A stretch of DNA of 64,000 nt from Obrimoposthia wandeli (Eukaryota): NCBI GenBank assembly GCA_977020255.1, contig CDROCS010000646.1:806001-870000 (forward strand). Direction: 5' to 3'. The translations under genes were made by a program, and so were the position numbers. The notes under the pieces are model-generated. The model saw nothing but the letters and a program-made list of their open reading frames with translations, had not been told where the DNA came from and ran no database searches. Shown here one piece after another: positions 11,238 through 18,529 of this stretch (the first letter of the stretch is position 1; each line of letters begins with the position of its first letter).

Positions 11238-12903
11238 CCCATTCTACGTTCACTGGTGGCGAGATTATATGCTAGTCAGTATAATGTCGGCAGATGTCTT
11301 CAATAGACAACCTTTACCAATCCTTACTCGGGATATAATTGATGACTATTTCAATACCAATGCCATTACGCAACCACAAGCTGGGGATGGAAACAACATC
11401 TTGGAAGTCACAGGAGAAACAGAAATTGAAACGAGAAACGTCATGAACAATGACTCAAGCGGGTGGATAAACTTCCACGAAATCCGAAAAGTTAAAATGG
11501 CCCAAGACAAGCTCCAACAAGATTACTTTGAAAGCATGCCTTCGCAAACTCTCCAAATGCCAGAGGATTATAGTGACGTCGACCTAGACGGAAGGATGGA
11601 TATGCTGGCAACTAAGGGTTATGCACCCTTTGCCTCGATTAAAGCATCAAGACAAAGAAAGAGATTAAAAGTCCCAAATGACGAGAAGCAACACATCAAC
11701 GCATGTGTTCATGCTCTGCTCAAAGCCGGCATCATTGAGAAATCAACAAAAGGACCATTTTGCTCACAGGTGCGTATGGTACCTAAAGCCAACTCAAGTC
11801 TCAGAAGATTAATAGTGGATTTCAAGCACCTCACTCCACATTTGCCGCAGCTTTTCATGAAGATTCCGAATTTAGCCAACAGGCTACAGACAATTCCAAA
11901 TGATAGGCTTGCGATCAGAATTGATCTAAAAGGGGCCTTCTATCAGATTAAGATAAGGCAGGCGGCCAGGCACCTCACAAACTTTTGGAATGAGGATTGT
12001 TATTATCGTTTTACACGATTGCCTATGGGACTTCGCCAGAGTCCGGCTATTCTACAGTGGACTATCACAAGAATCCTGCAGCAGCTACAAGAAAAGTGGC
12101 CAGTTGATTTCGCACATGTCCACATCGATGATATCCTCATCGTGGCAAAACCTGAAGCAGCTATTTGGAATGAAGTCTCTAATTTCTTTAAAAAATGGGG
12201 CTTGCAAATAAATTGGAAGAAGTCACAGCTTACACCAATTTCCAAGATAGAATACTGCGGCATGCTCATTGATCTCAAGAAGCAAGAGGTCAGCATCAGC
12301 AAGGAAAAGTGGCACACTGCCGATGAAATAATCAATCAGGATCAATTTTCAGATGACGCAATTGGATATTTAAATTACGTAAGTAATGTTTTGAAATGGC
12401 CATATGTGGCAAATTATGTGCGATCAGATCTGAGAAAGTTGTGCTATTATAATCTAAAGAATTATGCGGCCACATGGAGTTGGAAAAAACAGATGGGACA
12501 AATTTGGGCAACTGATGCTACAAAGTCCACAATTGCCGTTACAAAAACGAGGCCATTCAAAATCGAGCTCACTGCCAAACTCCAGGAGGAGAATATTTAC
12601 TTGCAGGAGGCAAGAGCAGTGTTTATGGCTATGTGGAAAGCCTCAAGAGGAGATACCATCCTTTGTGACAATCTGGCTCTAGTATGGAGCATCAGAAACA
12701 GAAGAATCCCAGCAAAAGTCCAGCACTGGTGGACATTGATAGCAGTCCAAATGATGGCAACCATTAAGAAAATCAAAGTCCAATTCGTGCGAACGGAGCA
12801 CAATCCTGCCGACGCGCCAACAAGGTCGGAGGAAACGAGATCCAGATGGACGGAAGACTACGGAGTGCTGCTTTCGCTGACAATGCATCAAGCGGTGACG
12901 TGA
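10726..12903 (+). CDS. pol: Polymerase: reverse transcriptase plus RNase H, 725-codon open frame overlapping ORF1
   Basis: RT motifs RRLIVDF, IDLKGAFYQI, LPMGLRQSP, HIDD, GLQINWKKS and EYCGMLID; RNase H motifs ATDAT, LQEARA, CDN and NPADAPTR. Confidence 0.93.
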   Translation: MPNQPYGTSCSGSIASKLNREQKPVYHSDNMTCHAPKRRPNASKSSWKEITEQSLASSSSRRIEDRGMSSSLCCVSTICSSSATTSPSKNTSPSEQQCSSVPSPSGGLQQRPERLISHASRTYPQKRTLVIRPGKQLPLPNLDLSHVVEVTSRAEALDARRLLEALASHSDPFYVHWWRDYMLVSIMSADVFNRQPLPILTRDIIDDYFNTNAITQPQAGDGNNILEVTGETEIETRNVMNNDSSGWINFHEIRKVKMAQDKLQQDYFESMPSQTLQMPEDYSDVDLDGRMDMLATKGYAPFASIKASRQRKRLKVPNDEKQHINACVHALLKAGIIEKSTKGPFCSQVRMVPKANSSLRRLIVDFKHLTPHLPQLFMKIPNLANRLQTIPNDRLAIRIDLKGAFYQIKIRQAARHLTNFWNEDCYYRFTRLPMGLRQSPAILQWTITRILQQLQEKWPVDFAHVHIDDILIVAKPEAAIWNEVSNFFKKWGLQINWKKSQLTPISKIEYCGMLIDLKKQEVSISKEKWHTADEIINQDQFSDDAIGYLNYVSNVLKWPYVANYVRSDLRKLCYYNLKNYAATWSWKKQMGQIWATDATKSTIAVTKTRPFKIELTAKLQEENIYLQEARAVFMAMWKASRGDTILCDNLALVWSIRNRRIPAKVQHWWTLIAVQMMATIKKIKVQFVRTEHNPADAPTRSEETRSRWTEDYGVLLSLTMHQAVT

Positions 12904-12983
12904 TCCACTAATGTGTCTCCCATTTTTATGTCTCTTACGTCTTTTTATGGCTAAAGTTTTTTAGTTGTCTGGTATCTTTGGTT

Positions 12984-13044
12984 CACTCAGTCACATCACT
13001 TCTTGCCTACCACCTTCGGGTTCTAGGCGTGATGTGATTGGGTG
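12984..13044 (+). other. Epsilon-like bulged stem-loop (predicted RNA structure)
   Basis: Manual pairing: 16-bp lower stem (two G-U), 5-nt UUCUU bulge, 5-bp stem, 2x2 internal loop, 3-bp stem, C(UUCG)G tetraloop. Confidence 0.75.
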
Positions 13045-13051
13045 GCCTTTT

Positions 13052-13091
13052 TATATATAAGCTGGCATAAAATATAGAAATTTGCCAGTCT
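13052..13091 (+). promoter_or_regulatory. TATA box followed ~33 nt later by an initiator-like CCAGTC at the start of the right repeat
   Basis: TATATATAAG at 13052-13061; CAGTCT begins at 13086. Confidence 0.5.
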
Positions 13092-13114
13092 TATTTGTTG
13101 TAATTAAAGATAAT
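13086..13114 (+). repeat. Right 29-nt terminal direct repeat
   Basis: Exact match to 10351-10379. Confidence 0.95.
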
Positions 13115-13225
13115 TTGATTAAACATGTTTTTATTTTGAAGTAATTTAGTTACAAAATGTGTTTTCCCACTCCCACTAGGTCCTACTATTTGGTAAACCG
13201 CGTTATTTTTAAGTTTTATCATCAT
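13115..13225 (-). pseudogene. N-terminal fragment of the A32-like packaging ATPase (Walker A)
   Basis: Translates MMIKLKNNAVYQIVGPSGSGKTHFVTKLL. Confidence 0.88.
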
Positions 13226-13255
13226 CAATAATAATAAATCAAAAGAAACGATTGT

Positions 13256-13518
13256 TTATAAACGTTTTATTAATATATACAACAACAGAGAATTAAAAAT
13301 TGACGCAGAAAAGGTTATATACATCATGTTTGAACGATTAATTTGAACGAATTTTTCAAAATCTTTATTCCGTTTGATATCTCTATAGACATGGGTGCAA
13401 ACAATTTCCTTTATATTATTACGAGAAAGTTCATCAAAACTAGAAAAGTATTGAACTCCATTTATTGTTCCGTTTATAATTTCCTCGACTGCATCATCAA
13501 CTAATTTATCGTTTTCAT
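13256..13518 (-). pseudogene. Small ORF with a C-terminal hydrophobic helix; start codon out of frame
   Basis: Frame open ~85 codons ending YITFSASIFNSLLLYILIKRL*; the nearest ATG (13516-13518) is one base out of frame. Confidence 0.4.
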
Positions 13519-13540
13519 CTATTTATATAAATCATAAATT

Positions 13541-13897
13541 TCAATTGTTTATACCATGAAATTTTACATTTCTTACTCTCCGTTCGATCAGACATCTGCA
13601 TACTGGACATGAATATAACATTCTAGAACATGATATACATGTATTTACATGCCCACAAGGGAGAAATACTACTTCAATATGATTATTTAAACATACTACA
13701 CATTCGGGTTCCTTTAAAATGTATGAAAGTATATTTATATATTGTTTTTCAGGTTTCATTTCTAAATTAGATAAATCACAAAGCAATTCAAATAGTGAAT
13801 TGTATTCACCATATCGCATCATTTTATATTTTAAAACAGATTTTATTCTATCTTTTGTGAAAAACATTTTCAAAAATCTGATTTGGTTTGTATCCAT
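13541..13897 (-). CDS. IAP-type C3HC4 RING domain protein
   Basis: CVVC...VVFLPCGHVNTCISC...CPVCR. Confidence 0.9.
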   Translation of the reverse strand: MDTNQIRFLKMFFTKDRIKSVLKYKMMRYGEYNSLFELLCDLSNLEMKPEKQYINILSYILKEPECVVCLNNHIEVVFLPCGHVNTCISCSRMLYSCPVCRCLIERRVRNVKFHGINN

Positions 13898-14440
13898 CTA
13901 CATATCGAATTTCTCAATAGTCAAAGGATATTCAATTATACAATCTGTTTCGATTTTCTCAATAACATTAGCCTCATTATAGGGTCCTAAACATTTTGAA
14001 TGGCATATATCAGGTAATTTTATATCAATATCTGATACATGTACTTTTCCATTCAATGGTGATGTATCAAAATCGATTTTCTTGTCCATAGTTTCAATTA
14101 TTGGCACATTTGAAACATTTAACTTTAAAAGAAATGGACATGTAGGAAAAAATTTCATATGTTGCTTCATTGGTTTAAGATACCGTTCCCATTCGGATAA
14201 CGCACCTTGGCAGTATATACATTTTACTTTATCGGTTGAATCATCATCATGTTTATAAAATCCGGCTTTAGCTAAATCATTTACAGATTGTTTCCCTTTA
14301 AAATTTATAATTAATGATCTTAATCTTTCACTTTCACGTCTATATTTCCAGTGTAAAACTTTCATTCTAGAATAACCTACTTTTCGTCTAACTAAAACAT
14401 CATCAACAGTTGTATAATGAAGTATATAATCAACTAGCAT
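13898..14440 (-). CDS. iap: Inhibitor of apoptosis, BIR domain
   Basis: ERLRS...LAKAGFY...VKCIYC-x16-H-x6-C, the canonical BIR spacing. Confidence 0.92.
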   Translation of the reverse strand: MLVDYILHYTTVDDVLVRRKVGYSRMKVLHWKYRRESERLRSLIINFKGKQSVNDLAKAGFYKHDDDSTDKVKCIYCQGALSEWERYLKPMKQHMKFFPTCPFLLKLNVSNVPIIETMDKKIDFDTSPLNGKVHVSDIDIKLPDICHSKCLGPYNEANVIEKIETDCIIEYPLTIEKFDM

Positions 14441-14482
14441 TTCAAATAATGTAAGAATAAAAATTCAACTAAAATTTATTGT

Positions 14483-14975
14483 TTATATCAAAAGTAAAAT
14501 ATCAGTTATTATCAAAGTTACATCAAAGTTATAATCCAAATCCTTGAGACCGAGTATGACCACTTTTCCGCTTGCAAATATGTTGACGCGCAGAGGATTG
14601 TGTTTTGTAAACCTCAAAGTAGGAAACAACTCAGGTTCGAACATGCATGCAGCTCCACACTTTTGAGACAACTTGTATAGGTTCACCTTCTTACCTAAAT
14701 CGACAGTAACCGTTACTGATTGAATACGATCAATCTTTATTCTAAATGGACACTTGAGCATAGTTGTAGTAATAGGTTTCTTGCAACCCATTATCCTGCA
14801 TGCTCCTAATAATTAACTAACTAACTAACTAACATAAAAAAATACCTGAACGGAAGATTATAAGGGTATAATCCTTACATATGTGCACGTACTGACATGG
14901 TTTCCCGGCTTTGAAGGGTAAGTGACTGATGTCTCCTTTAACTTTACTTTTATAATTAATATTTGCAAGATTCAT
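14483..14975 (-). CDS. TBP: Minimal TATA-binding-protein homologue, spliced (intron 14806-14845), 150 aa
   Basis: IIFRSG-ACRIMG, IQSVTVTVDLG..VNL and FEPELFPTL..NIFASGKVVILG match both TBP repeats; removing the 40-nt GT-AG intron restores the frame. Confidence 0.88.
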
Positions 14976-15101
14976 GATTGAATTAATGGAAATAACCCAA
15001 TCTATATATAAAATTTTTAAGCTAAAGATTATCCAATCAGAATCGAGTATGATGATATATATATAAGCTACCACTTTTGGTATAGAATTCATTATTTTGA
15101 T

Positions 15102-15755
15102 ATGAACTCTAAACAAACTAAATCTCTTAAGTTTGAGAAGCCACCACCACCAACAAGGCTTACAGACACAGATGTGGATACCGATGATGATGTAGTTTTA
15201 ATATCAAAACCAAAGAAGCAAACTATGACAAGCAACAACAACAAACAATCCAAGACTATCAAGATTGAGAAGCAAGCAACAAATGAGGATCTCTTTATTG
15301 ATGATATAGTTTCTACACCCAAACATAAGAAACCGTTCATCAACAATAGACCATCAGGTGTAATATTTGAGTATAACGATTTGAAGTACACCAAGCCGGT
15401 TATGTTTTATAACTGGCAAATGAATTTTTTGAAGACTCCAATCATATATGGATTCATATTTCCGGTGGCTCTGAATAAGTCAAAATACGATTTCAAGATA
15501 CATAGATTAAATCCGTCAGATATTGATGATCTTAACACAACTTTCGCGTCGATGCATCTCAACATTATAGTTGGGAATCATAAAATAATTCGAGCTGATC
15601 CTAATCTCTTCAAGCGAGATCACGACTTTAATGTTGACAATATGGGAACTGGACTCAAGTGGATGATCGTCATTTCAATACAGGGATACAAAATCAATTG
15701 TACAGGTCTTCATAAACCAATCTGGAAAATTACTGATGGACAAGTTCGCTTATAA
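15102..15755 (+). CDS. Conserved terminal gene of unknown function (here 'ORF-T'), transcribed toward the element end
   Basis: 217-aa ORF; homologs at 32497-32877 and 54903-55289 share YxFxxPV and WxxxIxIQGxxxxxGLxxPIWKI. Confidence 0.75.
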   Translation: MNSKQTKSLKFEKPPPPTRLTDTDVDTDDDVVLISKPKKQTMTSNNNKQSKTIKIEKQATNEDLFIDDIVSTPKHKKPFINNRPSGVIFEYNDLKYTKPVMFYNWQMNFLKTPIIYGFIFPVALNKSKYDFKIHRLNPSDIDDLNTTFASMHLNIIVGNHKIIRADPNLFKRDHDFNVDNMGTGLKWMIVISIQGYKINCTGLHKPIWKITDGQVRL

Positions 15756-15854
15756 TTGTGCTAATATATATTTATGTTACTTTGCTTTCTTCATTATATA
15801 ATCATGTATAAACATAGACTCCTACTATAAACAATAACGTTTCTTAAGATAAAA

Positions 15855-15911
15855 ACTGCGATAGCTGTCTGGTTATGCGGGGCAGTCTAACTCCTGGAAT
15901 GAGGTCGCAGT
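15855..15911 (+). other. Structured motif duplicated in inverted orientation at 4325-4380
   Basis: 50/56 identity by manual alignment; folds into a three-way junction. Confidence 0.65.
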
Positions 15912-15974
15912 ACTAAGTAAATTAAATAGTTGCAAATAAAAACTTGGGACGGTCAATTGTGTTTAATTTCAAAA

Positions 15975-16160
15975 TGTTATTTTTAATTTTTTAATTTCCA
16001 TATTTAATTTTTGAATTAAAATTAAAATTTTTTAATTTCCATATTTGATTTTTTAATTAATATTTAATTTTTTAATTAATATTTAATTTTTTAATTTCCA
16101 TATTTAATTTTTTAATTTTGAATTAAAATTTAGAATTTTAGAATTTTTGAATTTTTGAAC
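15975..16160. repeat. Subterminal AT-rich tandem repeats
   Basis: Reiterated TTTAATTTTTTAATTTCCATA-like units. Confidence 0.75.
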
Positions 16161-16223
16161 TATATACTTAATATTAACCTACATAATCGTAAATGACGCA
16201 TAAAACCAATCAAATTTCAAAAC

Positions 16224-16389
16224 GTAAAGTGTCGGTTCTAAAACAATAGCACACAAAGCCCGCCCCCCAGAACAAGGCACAAGGAACAAAGCACATCTGT
16301 ATGACTAAGCGAATTCCAGATGTCCTTTGTTCCTTGTGCCTTGTTCGGGGGGGGCTTTGTTTGCTATTGTTTTAGAACCGACACTTTAC
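16224..16389. repeat. Long imperfect palindrome (~75-bp arms, 17-nt loop) near the element-1 end
   Basis: GTAAAGTGTCGGTTCTAAAACAATAGC...CACATCTG paired with CAGATGT...GCTATTGTTTTAGAACCGACACTTTAC. Confidence 0.9.
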
Positions 16390-17079
16390 ACTTCTGTCGG
16401 TCATTCGTGATTGTCTGTTAACTAATGGAACATTTTAAAAAATACTTTTACTTTGAATTTGTATTGCATTTCATTTTTGGATGTAGTATTATTGTTGAGA
16501 ATCAATGTAGTGTAACATGTGGCGTTCAAGAGCAAAAACACTGCATGAGGTAATCGCTGGCATTTGTGTTTTGTAGCATACGTTTGTATTAGCTTGTTCA
16601 GAATTTCCGCTCCTGATTTTGTGGAGAATTAAAATTGGATAAAAATTACTTTTGCCTTCAAATAGGTTTTGTTCCAACTGAGGGTGAGATGACAGACGAA
16701 GAACGGGTGACATTTTCTAGTAGAATGAACATAGCGTATTGTTGTTTGTGTAGAAGTGAACTTTTTCACTGTACTTCTTGCTGCATGTGTGATTTCACGT
16801 TGGTTCGATCTTATGGTCAATTTTGAGAAAGCAAACGCTGAGACAGTTTCAGTGATACAATGAAGTTATCAGCAGTCACATTTGGTCCAGTATCAAGAAA
16901 AGGCATAGCTAGCTTTATTGCCTTACAAATTGAGGTCGTTGCAGCTTTCTCCTGAGCAGATTGAGTGCCATTACCGATGTTGTTGTCCAAATATGTTCAC
17001 CCAATATATTTTAATTTTAAAAAATTATTCGGTTTTGTGGGCCTGCATTATCTGAAGCCTACATGGCTATGAAGTTCGA

Positions 17080-17480
17080 TCAAGTAATCATCCCCTGTCA
17101 AGAATGGTTTAGGTGAGTAGTTGTTTTAAAAGTAGATTGACAATGTTTCTTATCGTAAAACGTTTGTCCGATCTAACGCAACGCAGTATCAATAAAACGG
17201 AAAGAAGCTCTCAGCTACTTAAAGCGTTCAACAATCATCTGACTTGCTCTGAATCTACCAGCAATTACAAGCAATCAATTCTTCTTTGTTAATATTGCGC
17301 TATTTTATGATAGGATACTCTCTGAAGAGTCGTTGACTTTAGAGATTTAATACATTATGGCTGCTACGAGAGAGTAGTCAAAAATACGCTAAGGGCTTTC
17401 AAGTGTAATCCAGCACGAAAGTCCGACGAAGATATTTGCTTGAGGTTGCCTTACAACGGTATGTACGTTACATGACCAGT
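17080..17480 (-). pseudogene. Possible degraded LTR-retrotransposon (Bel/Pao-like) pol remnant
   Basis: Weak, stop-riddled similarity to RNase H/integrase Zn-finger wording (e.g. HSHVG); more GC-rich than the flanks. Confidence 0.25.
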
Positions 17481-18529
17481 TTTTCCTTTTTGAAAGATGA
17501 TCATCTTGGTGAACTTCATCGGATTCCTCCTTGTCCACTATTACATTTTCATCGTCTTCTTTATTACCTGAGTTACCTATCGTGTATAATACAATTTGTC
17601 TAAACTTTCTTGATCACAGAGGCTTTTGTCATCGTCTCAATATTCAATAATTTAGTCGAGTATTGTTTCCATAACTACACCATCTGGCCTAGCTTCCACC
17701 AATTCGTCTTCAACATATGATATATTATTCAATACAACATCACGTGCACAGTATTACATGAGTTTACGTCGCATTGTCAAAAAAATAACTAATAGTTTAA
17801 TGTTGATTGCTAAATAAAAATTTACAATTGGGTAAAAAACTATGCAAATGTGTAAATTTAATATTTTAAATAAGTGAAAAAAATATTCTTAATATATAAA
17901 AAACAACTTACATTTTAGTAGATTACAATGAAGATAAAATGTTAAATCGATTTTATTTGTTCAATTATTTTGTTCAGTATTTTTTAATGAGTTACAAAAT
18001 AACAAAAAACTTCGTATAAATTTCTTAAATGTATCCACATAAGTATAATAGAGTGTTAAAGCACCTCAACAATTTTCTACTTAGTTTTTTGTCATATCAC
18101 AAGTACTATATGTGCTATCAACTTCAAATTTTTTCCATATCTGAAGCTGACATATTTAGAAAAAATCATACAACTCCAACTTTACAGGTTAAATAGGATA
18201 AAATTTATAAACCATTAAAAGTGTTTGGGGTGTTCAAACATCCCAATCGACTGCGAACCGTTAAATAAAGTTCCAGTTTCGCATTTGCATTCATTTACAC
18301 ATTTACAAGTAATTATATTTTTAGGCAACTCTTTTTATTAGCTACAATATACAATCTAAAAGCAAATCTTAATTTAATTGTTTTTAAATATTTTTTCTAT
18401 TTTTGGAAAATAACAGATTTTTTAAACCTAACAATACAAAGTAAAAATATTAAAATTACTTAATTTTTCATTTGTTCTAATATATATATCAGTAAAATTT
18501 ACTTCTAATTAAATATGCAAATTACATAA

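Larger units (their letters stand above)
10351..13114 (+). mobile_element. Hepadnavirus-like/HEART-like reverse-transcribing element (unit 2735 nt) with a 29-nt terminal direct repeat, inserted antisense into the Polinton ATPase
   Basis: Identical CAGTCTTATTTGTTGTAATTAAAGATAAT at 10351-10379 and 13086-13114; ORF1 plus RT/RNase H ORF; no integrase, protease or tyrosine recombinase ORF; visibly more GC-rich than the flanks. Confidence 0.8.
1..16395 (-). mobile_element. Polinton/Maverick (adintovirus-like) endogenous virus, element 1; left end probably outside the window
   Basis: Co-oriented cluster of pPolB, protease, MCP, mCP, integrase and ATPase halves plus accessory genes. Subterminal AT-rich repeats and a long palindrome lie near 16.2-16.4 kb. 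The right end at 16395 (reverse complement 5'-AGAAGT) is tentative. Confidence 0.93.

Noticed and set aside
10726-11260. Ser-rich N-terminal ~180 aa of the pol ORF as a functional domain
   Set aside because: It overlaps ORF1 in another frame and reads like an overprinted by-product; the true start may be near 11268.
10351-13114. Reading the insert as an LTR retrotransposon, LINE or standard DIRS element
   Set aside because: No LTR, PBS, protease or integrase; no endonuclease or poly(A) tail; no tyrosine recombinase or DIRS-type inverted/split repeats. A deleted DIRS derivative remains possible and needs phylogeny.
14829-15116. 95-aa ORF as an independent gene
   Set aside because: Its 3' half is exon 1 of the TBP-like gene; the 5' half begins at a non-ATG codon and lacks homology to the paralogs.
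15975-16160. Repeat arrays here, at 33.2-33.8 kb and at 54.3-54.5 kb as CRISPR arrays
   Set aside because: Low-complexity, irregular units with no unique spacers and no cas genes, in a eukaryotic context.
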